The notes beneath the pieces were generated by a model. That model searched no databases, was not told where the DNA came from, and worked only from the letters and a program-made list of their open reading frames with translations. Source: the human T2T-CHM13v2.0 reference genome, Homo sapiens. From it: a stretch of 64,000 nucleotides of DNA. The position numbers were made by a program, and so were the translations under genes. The stretch lies in NCBI RefSeq assembly GCF_009914755.1, contig NC_060937.1. One strand, 5' to 3'. The stretch's first letter is position 1, and every line of letters begins with the position of its first letter. Shown piece after piece: positions 30,558 through 48,053 of this stretch.

Positions 30558-31407
30558 AATTTGTTCATGACAAGCCATTATGCTTTTAAAACTCTGTTAT
30601 CTACAGCTATTTGCCATTTTTTTCTGTGTGCTATTTCTGCATTTCTTCCTGATAAGTATTTTCAAATATCTAGCTTATAATTTTTTACAAAGGCGCAACT
30701 GCTAGTCTTGTTTATAGTCTCTATTTTTTTGTGTTTGTTTCCAGTTTCTATAATTACTTTTATTGTTTTATCATTTTGTTATTTTTTCTACTTATGTGCT
30801 TTCTCCATTACTCTTTTGACATAAAAGAAGTATTTGTAGAACTCATATGCATTCAGTTTTTCTTATTTCCTAATAAAGCATCTGTTAAAGTGCCTCTCCC
30901 CTGGTAGAAATGTAATATTTTAATATTAATATTATTTTAATATTAAGTAAGTTAATGAATTTTAATGCTCTTTGCCAATCCCTTCCACTTTTTCAGCTAA
31001 AATGAGCTGAAACTCCTAAAGTTGGGGATTTTTGTGGAGTTAATAGTGAGGTTTAAGAAAAGTCAGAATGTACATTTTATTCACGCTTGTGACACTAACC
31101 ATATAATATTGAGCCAATCCTACTACCCTCTAGATCAGTTTATTCATGGATTTAAATAGCTTTATACTATAATTCTTTCCCTCTGAAATGGCATGATTAT
31201 AAGTTTTGGGACAAGCACCATGCTATATCTTTAAACCACATATAAAATTTTTGTAGTTACAGGGAAAATTTTTTTCCCTGGAACATAACTGATTCTCTAT
31301 ACCTTTTACTGTTTCATTCCTTCTTCAAAGACATATATCTGCTGTCTTTAATTTTCTCTTTATGCCTAAATATCTTTGGGAAGTGATTCTAAATTAAATG
31401 TACTCTC

Positions 31408-31830
31408 CATTAGTAGGTTTGCAGTCAGGATTTAATAAAAGAAACCACTTTAGGTGTTCCCCACGAAAGGAATTTAATACAGGGGACTTAGAAATATTGC
31501 AAGTATGGATGAGAGAAACTCAGGGTTCACTGCAACTGTTACTGCACTTCAGAGATGAGGATCCTACTTTAGTTTCCACAGTCCCCACAGCCAAGTCTGC
31601 CTACAGATTCTTGCACATATGTTGTTAGAGCCTGAAATGCTGAGTCTAGATGCCTTTAAGCATCCTAAAGCACCCACTTTTTGTGGCTTCTTTCTAGCTG
31701 AAACAACAAGGTGGCTTTTGCTTTACTTCTGCCTTCTATAACTCAAAGAAGTAAATTAATTTATTCATACCTATCATCCCAGTTGCAACAGAGATTACAG
31801 AATGTAGTTTGAACTTCTTATCTTCTTTAA
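31408..31830. mobile_element. Old MLT1 (MLT1M/N/O-like) MaLR LTR relic
   Basis: aagaaaccactttaggtgtt...aaggaatttaatacagggga and cccagttgcaacagagattacagaatgtagttt. Confidence 0.55.
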
Positions 31831-33299
31831 ATTGCAAAAATTGGAATGGTAAAACCGAATGTGTTTACTACACAGTTACAGCTAACAAGACTGTAAAATA
31901 AATACCTGTAATGGGTAGAGCTGGGTTTTTCTCATTGCATATTGCTAATTTGTTTGAAAATCTCAGGTAAGTATGCATCTCATTAAAAAAAAACCAGATT
32001 TCAAAGACTAAAAGAGTTTTTTTAAGGACTGCCTCAATGAATAGATTAACATCAAACTTTAAAAAATGTACAGGAATTATACAGATCAGTGTACTTTTCA
32101 AATGATTGACAGGCAGTGGTTTTAAGCTTAACGGTACTATTTTACAGTTATCCACAAAACTCTAGTGGCTGGATGCAGCTCAGAATTTACTACTTAGGGC
32201 TTATATCAATAGCAATGTCACTGCAAGGATTTTTGCTGAAACTTATTTAACTCATCTAATATGATTAGAATTTGAAAAGAAAAATTTGTAATTTTCTCAA
32301 CTAGATTGGCTATTTATAGTGCCGAACTTCAAACCCATGCAGAAAAATGTCTTAAACATAATCTGAGTAATCAGTGGGCATTATGTTTTGGGTTTGGGAA
32401 CTGGGAGCATAGCCAATTGGGGTGGAATTTTAATAACTGCTTTGCTACTTTTACTGTTTGCTTTAAGCAAATTTTTCTTAAAAAGAACTGTATTGACAGT
32501 CTCAGAGATCAAAGTTCTCTTTTTATCAACTGAACAGATATAGCACAGGGAGTACAAATTTCCCATCTGCTCAAACCACTGCTCTGGAGATTTTACCTAC
32601 AAAGGATGAGAGGATTTTTCAAGCTCTTTACCTTTGTCTTTCTCTTGAGAGGATTTCTCATTCAGTGGCACTCTCACATAGGCTACAATGTTTTTTTTTG
32701 AATTAACAAAGCTACATAAATTTCACTGGCTTTAGGCATCTTTCCACTAATACTTAACATATCATATTTGGATATTATTTTGGAATCTACCATACATTTT
32801 AAACCTAATAAAATGTTTGCAGCTTGTATTACCATTTTGCTAATTAATAAAGTGAATCAAGATAATTAAGTTACTTCTCTAAAACCGCGTGGCAAATTAA
32901 AAGTAGTGCTTGAGTAAATATTCATAGATTCTGAACATAAAATGCAACAGTAAGCAAAAGAATTGGCAATGGATTTGTGGGATACTATCATGCATGTAAA
33001 CCACATTTAATATGATCATCAAAACTACTAGAATAAGAGCCTAACTGAAAGTGAATCAGAAAAGAAACTAACATAAGAAAGCTCTAGGGAACCATGCTAT
33101 ATATTTTACATATATTACTATTCAACAAATATGCAAAATATTTGTCATTTTTAGGAAGCATCTCTGAAATTAGAGTGTATCTTACTATTGAAGATTTGTC
33201 ACAATTGTTAGTATTTATTATAGCTTCTTAGTGGTAAATAAACAGTGATATTCTTTACAATAAAAGGTATTTTAGATTAGATGAAATTCAATAATGATG

Positions 33300-33415
33300 A
33301 TTATCTTCACTCTAGAGAGAAGGAAAATGAGGATCATAGAAGGGAAGTAACATTTTTCAAGTAATTTTTGGAAACTGGTAGCCTGAATCTGAATCTGTTA
33401 ATGTTATTCTGAATC
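33300..33415 (-). mobile_element. MIR fragment
   Basis: tatcttcactctagagagaaggaaaatgaggatcatagaagggaagtaac resembles the MIR core. Confidence 0.5.
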
Positions 33416-34025
33416 CTACCCTTATATACACATGACGTGTTAACAGAGAGTAGTGTATATGACAGTAAAGGCAAATTGAATTGGAGATTTTCAGAAGATG
33501 TTTAATTACCTTGCCTCATGATGTAGATAAATCTGCCTGAGGTCAGACAAAATGATTGATTTTTAAATTTTGTAGCTATGGTTGAAGTCTATACAATCAT
33601 TAACGGTAAGTATGTATTGAAAGGTGATTTCTTTCTTTAATCAAGATATCATAGAGTCAGGTATTAACTATTTAAAACCTGGCACTAATACTTTCAGGAC
33701 AAAAGTTTAGACAGATGTTGCAGCATTTCTAATATACATAGGAATTGCTATGCTGAAAAACCATTTAGGGATGATGGATATATCCTTTACTGAGTCTTTT
33801 GGACTTGTCAAAATATGTGTTTGCAGTTTCAAAGATACAATACTGAGCAAGTGTTAGTAATGAAGGATGAATGGTAGTGAGCAGAAGAAATACAAAATAT
33901 CCTACTTTCTACACAATATAAATCAGGTTTCAAATATTACTATTTCTACTCTGAGGAATAATATTAGAATAGCTAATGCATTGAGTACAATAATGCAAAG
34001 ATGGAAGTCTGGAGAATCCATATTT

Positions 34026-34331
34026 ATTATTATTATTATTACTTTTTCGAAGACAAGAGCTAGCTCTGTGGTTCAGGCTGGAGTGAAGTGGCACGATCAT
34101 AGCTCACTGCAACATGGAACCCCTGGGCTCAAGTGATCCTTCCACCTCAGCCTCCCAAGTGCCAGGACCACAAGTGCCGGTCAGTGTGTGTGGCTAATTT
34201 TTTAAATTTATTTTTGAGATGGGGTCTCACTATGTTGCCCCGGCTGGTATCAAACTCCTGGGCTCAAGCAACTCTCCTATCTCAATCTCCCAAAGTGCTG
34301 ACAGTACAGGCTTAAGCCACCATACCTGTCC
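34026..34331 (-). mobile_element. AluJ (Jo/Jr-like)
   Basis: gatcatagctcactgcaac..cctgggctcaagtgatcc..ggtctcactatgttgccc; (TAT)n tail; flanking repeat tccatattt. Confidence 0.9.
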
Positions 34332-35146
34332 ATATTTCATTATGAAATTCAGAAGGTCACCATCTTTATGAAGGCAGGATGGTGCCAATTATTTTAATAT
34401 GCACTGTAACTCTAATCCTCACTGGGGCTCTTACACCTGCCAGTGTGACTGCCACAGTTGTTCTTAGTAAGTATTGTTATCAAATGGATTAATTAATCCA
34501 GCAAAATAATTTTGAGACTCTAGTGTTACGTGTAGAAAGAGAAGCCACTCCCAGGTTATTTAAAAAAAACAAAAACAAACAAACAAACAAACAAAAAACA
34601 CACACATGTTGTGCAGACAATTTGCAGCATACTTTGGAACCATTAACTCCCTTGAGTAATTCTGTTAAATGTCAGAGACTTCAAAATACGAGCCTCAGTG
34701 ACAATGAAGGTGCCTGTGGCTCATTCCTATGGTTTAAATATGTAATAAAAAAAGTTCTGTTGAGATAAATGCATATCTTAAATTACCTCCTAATCAAATA
34801 AATATTGATTGACTACATAATATGTGACAGGCACTATGCAACATTTTGGTGATACAGAATATACCCACATTTACACAAACACATGCACACAGACCAAATA
34901 TGAAAATAGAATTATAAGCCATCTAGATTAGTTAAATACTCTGTAATTTCATGATACAAGAAGAGGCACATGGCATAATTAACATGATTAATGGATAAAT
35001 TAACCCTACAATTAAATCACATAATGCTTTTTGAGAAACAAATTTGCCTAGCGACTTTAAAGATATGCTTCCATTCTTTAAGTTTTCAGAGGGATAATTT
35101 CTAGATTATTGATTGAGCGTTTGATAGGTTAGAATATATGCGTGTG

Positions 35147-35457
35147 GGCCAAGCACAGTGGCTCACACCTGTAATCCCAGCACTTTGGGAGGTCGAGGTG
35201 GGTTGGTCACTTGAGGTAACGGTTTGAGACCAGCCTGGCCAACATGGTGAAACTCTGCCTCTACTAAAAAAAAAAAAAAAAAAAAAAAAATTAGCTGGGC
35301 GTAGTGGCAGGAACCTGTAATCCCAGCTACTCGGGAGGCTGAGGCAGGAGAATTGCTTGGATCCATGAAGCAGAGGTTGCAGTGAGCCAAGATTGCACTA
35401 CAGCCTGGGTGACGGAGTAAAACTCCATCTCAAAAAAAAAAACAGAAAGAAAAGAAA
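35147..35457 (+). mobile_element. AluS, full length, with expanded middle A tract
   Basis: Alu consensus; TSD agaatatatgcgtgtg (35131-35146) / agaatatatgtatgtg (35458-35473). Confidence 0.95.
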
Positions 35458-35504
35458 AGAATATATGTATGTGTGTGTGTGTGTATGTGTATATATACGC
35501 ACCT

Positions 35505-35806
35505 TCTTTTTTTTTTTTCTTTTTGAGACGGAGTCTTGCTCTGTCACCCAGGCTTGAGTGAAGTGGCACTATCTTGGCTTACTGCAACCTCCACCTGCTG
35601 GGTTCAAGCAATTCTCCTGCCTCAGCCTCCCGTGTAGCTGGGATTACAGGCACCCGCCACCACACCCGGCTAATTTTTGTATTTTTAGTAGAGGTGGAGT
35701 TTCACCATGTTGTCCAGGCTGGTCTCAAACTCCTGACCTCAGGTAATCCGCCCGCCTCTGCCTCCTGAAGTGTTGGGATTACAGGCGTGAGCCACCGCGC
35801 CAGGCC
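35505..35806 (-). mobile_element. AluSx-like, full length
   Basis: Reverse Alu consensus; TSD tatatacgcacct (35492-35504) / tatatacacacct (35807-35819). Confidence 0.95.
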
Positions 35807-35854
35807 TATATACACACCTATATACCTTCAAAACTCTCGTTGTACTATGCATGT

Positions 35855-35911
35855 TTCCTTCCTTCCTTCCTTCCTTCCTTCCTTCCTTCCTTCCTTCCTT
35901 CCTTCCTTCCT
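35855..35911. repeat. (CCTT)n tetranucleotide STR
   Basis: Perfect ttcc run seen directly. Confidence 0.97.
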
Positions 35912-36118
35912 ATTCCCTTTTTGAGAAAGGGGTTGCTTTTAAACCTTTGTTTAAAATACTGTCTTTAACTACTGTCTTTAACTACTTAGGACATCAGTTT
36001 TCATAAAAATATTTTATTTTTTCTTTTTTTATATTTCAAATATGTGTTTATTTTCAAATCATGTATACATTTGAAAATTGTGTTGTACAAATGTAAAATA
36101 TTACTGTCAATTTTCTGA

Positions 36119-39718
<3,600 letters not shown>

Positions 39719-39804
39719 TTATCTTTTATTTTCTCTTTGCTACTTTAGACACAAATTTTGTCCCCTGTGTTTGACTTACGAGTAACACGCAACCTGCTAT
39801 TACA

Positions 39805-39990
39805 GAAAAAACACTGCATGGAAGTTAGGAGAATCAGGTTCTGTTGTCAACTTTACCACCAGTTCAATATCTGTCAGGAGCATAGCTTCACACCTAATAT
39901 TGGTTCTAGCCTTTGTTCTCCTTTAAAATAATGTGGCTAAACTCCATGATCCCCAAGATTATGTGCAGATTCAAGATTTTACAATTTTAG
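39805..39990 (+). mobile_element. MIR/MIR3 relic
   Basis: aaaaacactgcatggaagttaggagaatcaggttctg...tttgttctcctttaaaataatgtggctaaactccatgatcccc. Confidence 0.55.
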
Positions 39991-40924
39991 GAATCTATCA
40001 CTCTAATTTACTTTGTTCTGTTTATTTGACCTTACATATATTCACTTATCTATACTCAGTTTTGACAAAAAAGAAAACTTCTGAAGTCATGGCAAAATGT
40101 ACAATAGGAAAATCTGATTGAAAATAACAGCAAAATGGTAAAATTAAAATTTATTTTTCATTTTAGAGGCTTAAACGTTTCTGCATTGACTGTATTTTCA
40201 AATCACAAGAAGAAAAACTCAGAAATCAGTTAATTCTAATAGTTCTTGTAGCATGTTTTTGTCTACATTTTTCACCTTGTAGTCAATTTTCGTTGTGGAT
40301 TTTCTTTTTACTTATATGTTTTATATTCTTACCTTAAATACTTTACTGTTCTGGAAAAGCAACTATCTAAGTAGTTTTGTTTGAAGTATTACATTTCTAC
40401 ACATTTTGATATATAGTAGAGATATTTCTTCCAACACATCTTATGTTTTCATCAGTGCCAGGTGTAATGAATCAATCCATTTGAAAACCCCAGTTATTAG
40501 AATCCTTTACTAGGTGTTAACTCTTGCCCAGATACTTTTTTATTCTGATTTTCTTTTTCTTCTCTGACATGGGAGTATATATATGAGTAGTCATTTTCTT
40601 ACTCTGTCATATTTATATTGTTGTAAAGAATGATTACATCTTTGTTTTTGAAGAGACTCTATTTTGCTGTTTATCACAGTTTTTTAAAGAAATAAAATTA
40701 GCTCTAGGAAAGTTAATATATTTGTGGGATTACAGATCATTATATCATATTTAGAAACTTTAGGCCAGTGCTTATTGTTCCTTTACATTTTTTAATGCAA
40801 AAATGCAAATTTTAAACTACTGAAAGAATCTGATGGATTTAACTTTTGTATACACATAGCTTTTCTGTTCACGGTCTACACAATTAAATAGTTTTGAATC
40901 CCATAGAGAGAATTTCAGTGAATT

Positions 40925-41115
40925 TTTATTAATTCAACAAATATTTATTGATTATTTACTATGTTCTAAGCTCTAAGTTGGATACTAAGGATGCAGTCAA
41001 TATATGCTTAATAAGTTGCCAAGAGTAAGCAGAGAACAACTAAATTATTTGGATGTCTCTGAGGGAGACACTGAGTAAGAGAGCCTTCTAGGGAGAATTA
41101 AGATGTTAAAGCTTG
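40925..41115 (-). mobile_element. L2 3'-end relic, host of the MSTA LTR
   Basis: aattcaacaaatatttattgattatttactatgttctaagctctaagttggatactaaggatgcag. Confidence 0.7.
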
Positions 41116-41120
41116 AAGAG

Positions 41121-41533
41121 CGATATGGTTTGGATCTGTGTCCCCACCAAATCTCATGTCAAAGTGTAACCCCCTGGGGCCTGGTGGGAGGAGATTGGAT
41201 TATGGAGGCAGAGTTCTCAGGAATGGGTTAGCACCATCTTCTCAGTGCTGGTCTCCTGATAGTGAGTCAGTGAGTTACCCTGAGATCTGGTTGTTTAAAA
41301 GTGTGTAGCATCTCCCCCGGTCTCTTTCTCCTACTCCTGCCATGTGAAGTGGCTCACTCCCCCTTTGCCTTCCACCATGATTGCATGTTTCCTAAGGCCT
41401 CCTCAGAAGCTGAGCAGATGCTGTCATGCTTCCTGTACAGCCTGTGGAACTGTGAGCCAATTAAACCCCTCTTCTTTAGAAATTACGCAGCCTCAGATAT
41501 TTCTATATAGCAGTGCATGAACAGACTAATATA
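41121..41533 (+). mobile_element. MSTA-like (ERVL-MaLR) solo LTR
   Basis: gatatggtttggatctgtgtccccacc...gactaatata; 5-bp TSD aagag at 41116-41120 and 41534-41538. Confidence 0.93.
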
Positions 41534-44181
41534 AAGAGTAAACTGGAATTATCCAGATGTGGCAAATAGGGGTCAGGTGGTGGGTTTATAACTGAAACTT
41601 TCCTTTTCTATAGCAATGCTCTCCTCCCCAGGATCACGGATACCAGAAGTGCTAGAGGAGTTAACCTCCTCTCATGGATATCATCAAACCACACTTTCAT
41701 CACTCTTTCCTAACAACCCCTCCTCCTAGAACATACTTAATATGGGGTATGTTAACCTCTCCCCATGCTCACTATCATCACCTACTAATCCTTAGGGCAG
41801 TCTTTGATATGCTTTGGAATATTTAAGTACTTTACATCTGGCAATTATTTTCTCTGCCCTTGATCCTATCATAATTCTCAGGAACTTAATGCTTAGTAAG
41901 TATTCTTGAACTGGCCTTACAAATCTTGATTCTCAAAATTAATACCTTTCTATTATATCTAATTTTAGTCCCATCTTTCCTCTCAACAGTGCATAAGTAT
42001 GGTTTCTTAAAAAACCAAAGATTTCATTATCACATGACTTTAACGACACTTGAGATTACATAACCTCTTCATATTTCCTATGATCTCTTCTTTTCTCTTT
42101 TCTTGCCTCCATTCCCAGGATGCCCACAATCAAAGATGTTATTTATCACAGACAGAGAATATTTCCTGTTGTACTGCTGAGATAGGCCAGTTCCAGGGAT
42201 TGCCATCTCAGGAGCTGAAGGTAATCTCTATCAAGGATATCAAAGAGAATTTGGGAATAAATACAAAATGAGTCCTCAGAAAGTGCTGTAGGTCTACACT
42301 GAAGAAATAAAATATGTCCATCATATCCAAAGGAGAGTTACTAGGTATATATAAGTGTTACAGCAAGGTATTAATATATGAATATATAATAAACAAAATG
42401 AAAGCTATTATCCTCAGAAAAGCAAGAAAAAAACTGAAATATTAACATGAAACAAATCAGAAGTCTCTTTAATTAACATTTATTTCAATTTAGCTGCATG
42501 TTATATGGGAGTGAAAGGAGGCCTGAAGTTTAAGTTTGGGTCAAACCCTAGATTTTCTAAATGTTTGATTTTCTGATCTACTTATTATATTAGTCTCATG
42601 GGTAAATAACCTATGGAATTATTGTTACTCATTTTTCCCACTAGTGCTCATTTTACTCTAAGTAAAAGTAAAAAGTAAAAGAATTACTTTTCTTTTCATA
42701 TACCTAAAATGTGTTTTATTTTTTACTCAGAATTTATTCATCTCCTCTAATCTTTTTTTGGTTCTTGTTGTTTTACTTTCAGGGAATACCTTTGCAGATT
42801 TGATACATGGGTATATTATGTAATGGTGGAGTTTGGGCTTGTAGTGTACCCATCACCCAAATAGTGAATATTTTATCTAAATGGTAATTTTTCAACTCTC
42901 ACCCTCTGTTACCCTTTTTTCTTTTGGAGTCCTCTGTGTCTATTATTTCCAACTTTATGTCTATGTGTACTCATTTTTTTAGCTCTCACATATAACTGAG
43001 AACATGCGATATTTGATTTTCTGTTTCTGGGTTGTTTCGTCTAGGATAACATCCTCCAGCTCCAGCCATGTTGCTACAAAGGACATGATTTTCTTTATTT
43101 TTGTGACTGCATAGTATTCTATGGCATATATGTGTGTGTGTATATATATATATTATAATATATATATAATATGTGTATATAACAATATATAACGTGTGTA
43201 TATATATATATAATATATTTTATATATATTACATTTTCTTTATCCAATCAACCATTGATGAACATGTAGCTTGATTCCATGACTTTGCTATTGTGAATAG
43301 TTCTATGATAAACATTCAACTGCAGGTGTCTTTCTAATAAAATGATTTCCTTTGCATAGATACTCAGTAGTGAGATTGTAGTGAGCTTGTACATTTCAAC
43401 CAAGTAGTGAGCTTTGTTGAATAGTAGTTCTATTTTTAGTTCTTTGAGAAATCTCCATACTGTTTTCCATAGAGGTTGAAATAATTTACATTCTCACCCA
43501 AAGTATATGTGCTCCATTTTCTCCATACTTACGGCAACATCTGTTCTCTTTTGACTTTTTAATAATAGTCATTCTGTCTGTGTAAGTTGATATTGTAGTT
43601 TTAATTTGCATTTCTCTAATAATTAGTTATATTGAGCATTTTTTCCTTGTATGTCTTCTTTTCAGAAATGTCTGTTCATGTCCTTTGCCAAATTTTTAAA
43701 GGGGTCATCTGATTTTTTTCTTTTTGAGTTGTTAGAGTTTCTTGTGGATTCTGGATATTAATCCTTTGTCAGAGGCATTTGCACATGTTTTCTCCTATTC
43801 TTGGTTATTTGTTTTCTCCTATTTCTCAGTTATTTGTTCACTCTGTTTATTACTTTAGTTCTGCAGAAGATTTTTAGCTTAATTAAGTCTTACTTGTGTA
43901 TATTTGTTTTTGTTTCATTTGCTTTTGGGGTCTTTGTAATAAATTAGTTGCCTACGCCAGTGTCCAGAAGAGTTTTTCCTAGGTTTTCTTCTAGAATTTT
44001 TATAGTTTCAGGTCTTATATGTAGGTATTTAATTTATCTTGAGTTGATTTTGGTGTATAATGAGAAATCAGGGTCCAGTTTTATTCTTCTGCAAATGGCT
44101 ATTAAATTTTCCCATTTATTGAATAGGGTGTCCGTTCCTCATTTTTTACTTTTGTCAACTTTGTTGAAGGTCAGTTGATTG

Positions 44182-44387
<206 letters not shown>

Positions 44388-44753
44388 AAAATCACTTAGT
44401 TGTAGGTATGTGGCTTTATATCTGGGTTTTCTGTTCTGTTCCATTGAACTATTATTGTACCAGTAACATGCTGTTTCTGTCATGGTAGCCTTGTAGTATA
44501 ATTTGAAGCCAGGTAATGTGATGCCTCTGGCTTTGTTCTTTTTGTGTAGGATTACTTTGGTAACTTGGGCTCTTTTTGGTTTCATATGAACTTTAGAACT
44601 ATTTTTCTAATTATGGAAAAACTACATTTGGGATTTGATGAGAATTGCATTGAATCTGTAGATTGATTTGGGCAATATGGTCATTTTAACAATATTAATT
44701 ATTCCAATTCATGAGCCTGAGATGTATTTGCATTTCTTTATATCATCTATATA

Positions 44754-44980
44754 TTTTTTTTTCTTTTTGAGATGGAGTCTCACTCTGTTGCTCAGGCTGG
44801 AGTGCAGTGGCATGTTCTGGGCTCACTGCAAGCTCTGCCTCCCGGGTTTACATCATTCTCCTGCCTCAGCCTCCTGAGTAGCTGGGACTACAGGTGCCCA
44901 CCATCATGTCAGGCTAATATTTTTTTGTATTTTTAGTAGAAACGGAGTTTCACTGTGTTAGCCAGGATGGTCTCGATCTC
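44754..44980 (-). mobile_element. 5'-truncated AluY-like element nested in L1PB
   Basis: cactgcaagctctgcc..cattctcctg..gtgttagccaggatggtctcgatctc carry Y-type diagnostics. Confidence 0.9.
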
Positions 44981-45287
44981 TTTTTAAAACAGTGTTTTGT
45001 TATTCTCTTTGTTAAGATCTTTCATCTCCTTTGTTAAATATATCCCAAGGTGTTTAATTTTTTGTGGCTATTGCAAATGAGATTGCATTCTTCATTTGGC
45101 TCTCAGCTTGAATGTTAATATAAAAATGTTACTGATTTTTGTACATTGGCCTTGTATTCTGAAACTTTATTGAAGTAACATTTATCAAGTCTAGAGGTCC
45201 ATTGGAGGAGACTTTATGATTTTCTAGATGTACAATTATGTCATTAGTGAACAGAGATGATTGGACTTCTTGTTTTCCAATTTGGAT

Positions 45288-45318
<31 letters not shown>

Positions 45319-45945
45319 GCCTGAATGCCCTGGGTAGGACTTCCAGCATTATGTTGAATAGGAGTGGTAAGCCTAGACATCCTTGTCTTGTTCCAGTTCT
45401 TAGAGGGAATACTTTAAACATTTTCATTCAGTATGATGTTGGCAGTGGGTTTTTGATAGATGGCTCTTATTATTTTGAGTTATGTTCCTTTGATTCTTAG
45501 TGTGTTGAGGGTTTTTACAATGAAGCATTCATGGATACTATTGAATGCTTTTTCTTCATCTATTGAGATGATCATATGGTTTTGGTTTTTAATTCTCTTT
45601 ACATGGTGAATCACATTTATTGATTTGTGAATGTGGAACTTTTCTTGCATCACTGGAATATAATCCAACTGATTGTGATACATTGTGTTTTTGATGTGCT
45701 ATTTTGATTCAGTCTGCTAGTATTTTGCTGGAGATTTTTGCATCTATGTTCAACAGGGATAATGGTCTGTAGTTTTCTTTTTTTTTTGTTTTGTCTTTGC
45801 CTGATTTTGGCATCAGGTTGACACTGGTTTTCACTGGTTTCATAGAATGAGTTAGGAAGGACTCTCTTTTCTTCAATTTTTTTTGGAATAGTTTTAGTAA
45901 GATTGGTACTAGCTCTGCTTTGTAGGTCTGGTAGAATTTGTGGTG

Positions 45946-46028
45946 ATGTCCCAGTATAAACATTTCCGAAAAATTCCTAGGTGATACTGCTGCTGCTGGT
46001 TCATGAAGCATACATTGAGAACCATTGC
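45946..46028. mobile_element. MER5 fragment
   Basis: ttcctaggtgatactgctgctgctggttcatgaagcatacattgagaaccattg. Confidence 0.65.
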
Positions 46029-46131
46029 TTTAATCTCTTCAGATAAATCGTTATCTTGAAGTTTTTAATTCTGCTAATGACATTTTTTTGTAATTAATCA
46101 TTGCCTACAAATTAAAGTTGAAGTTACATGG

Positions 46132-46713
46132 TGTGATGGTTAATATTAGGTCTCAACTTGATTGAAGGATGCCTAGATGGCTGTTAACATGTTGTTTCTG
46201 AGTGTGTTTGTGAAGGTGTTGCCAGAGGGGACTGACATTTGAGTTGGTGGACTGGGAGAGGAAGACCCACCCTCACTGGGAGTGGGCCCCATCCAATCAG
46301 CTGCCAGTGTGGCTAGGTCAAAACAGGTGGAAGAAGGCAGGATGAGTTTATTTGCTGGGTCTTCTGACTCACTTTCTTCTTTCTGTGCTAGACACTTACT
46401 TCCACTCCTCCTGTCTTTGGACTTCAAACTCTAGGTTCTTCGGCTTTTGAACTCTAGGACTTGCACCAGCAACTTCCCAAGGGCTCTCTGGCCTTCGGCC
46501 ACAGACTGATGGCCTCACTGTCAATTTCCCTGGTTTTGAGGCCTTCAGATTTGGACTGAGCGACTATCAGTTTTTCTCTTTCCCCAGCTTGCAGATGGCT
46601 TATTGTGGGACTTCACCTTTTAATCATGTGAGCCAACTCTTTCTAATAAACTCCCTCTTATATATACATATATCGTATTGGTTCTGTCCCTCTGGAGAAC
46701 TCTGACTAATACA
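46132..46713 (+). mobile_element. MLT2B1-like (ERVL) solo LTR
   Basis: tgtgatggttaatattaggtctcaacttga...aataaactccctc...ggagaactctgactaataca; TSD catgg / aatgg. Confidence 0.92.
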
Positions 46714-47379
46714 AATGGTAAAGATTTCAAAACCTTTGTTGATCAGGTTCTGATTCCTCAGAAATACCATATGAAGTTACCACTCTCAAAACATATTTGA
46801 CCCTCTAAGAGTGACTAATCCTTTAAAAAATTTGTTCTTTCTGTGATATATTACTTCTTCTAAGAGAAACTCTCCAAATATAATCAAAGTAGAGAAGAAA
46901 AAAAACTAAAAAAAAAAAAAAAACATAAATCCTTTAAATACCCTGAATTTCAACCTTCCATTTCTATTTATATTTTTGGACATTTCTACCTGGATATCCT
47001 GCTAGCTAACAACTCAGATTTAACAAAACAATAAATGTTAAGATATCAGCCACAATGTACTCATCTTTTTTTCTCATAGCACTTAACCCACTGTTTTAAT
47101 TAATATGTATTAATAAATTTTTGACAATAGTGAATGTCTCAAATTAAATATAAACAGATACTATTTGTATATCATAGGCCTATAGACATTGTGCCAAAAT
47201 TTAAATCTAGGTCAGGTATGTGGAGAACGAATGTCAGCTTCAGTCTTAAGTATTGTATATTATGGGATGTATTCTAGATGAATAAAATTACTATTTCCCA
47301 CATTTGGCTAGATACTTCTATGTGTATGGCCATGAATTATTATTTAAAACCTCTAACAGAAGAGAAGTGAGTGACTCTT

Positions 47380-47694
47380 TTTATTATTATTATTATTATT
47401 ATTTTTTTTTAATTTGAGATGGAGTCTTACTCTGTCACCCAGGCTGGAGAGCAGAGGTGCAGTCTTGGCCCACTGCAAACTCCGCCCCCTGGGTTCAAGT
47501 GATTCTTCTGCCTCAGCCTCCCAAGTAGCTGGGACTACAGGCATGCGCCACCATGCCCAGTTAATTTTGTAGTTTTAGTAGATACGGGGTTTCGCCATAT
47601 TGGCCAGGCTGGTCTTGAACTCCTGACCTCGTGATCCACCTGCCTCGGCCTCCCAAAGTGATGGGATTACAGGTGTGAGCCTCCGCGCCCGGCC
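47380..47694 (-). mobile_element. AluS (Sg/Sc-like) with (TAT)n tail
   Basis: Reverse Alu with gacctcgtgatcc; flanked by tgagtgactctt / tggagactctt. Confidence 0.95.
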
Positions 47695-47705
47695 TGGAGA
47701 CTCTT

Positions 47706-48042
<337 letters not shown>

Positions 48043-48053
48043 TGAATGACTCT

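Noticed and set aside
33090-33290. Possible MER104/Tc2-type DNA transposon relic
   Set aside because: Similarity is limited to a short degraded end and is too weak to call without alignment.
35957-35986. 13-bp tandem duplication tactgtctttaac
   Set aside because: Ordinary slippage event with no further structure.
41700-42120. Possible L2 internal relics here and at ~49150-49450
   Set aside because: Pyrimidine-rich L2-like texture, but I cannot fix boundaries or identity by eye.
42176-42212. Small hairpin ctgagataggc...gccatctcag
   Set aside because: A ~10-bp stem with a bulge is expected by chance and I see no ncRNA features.
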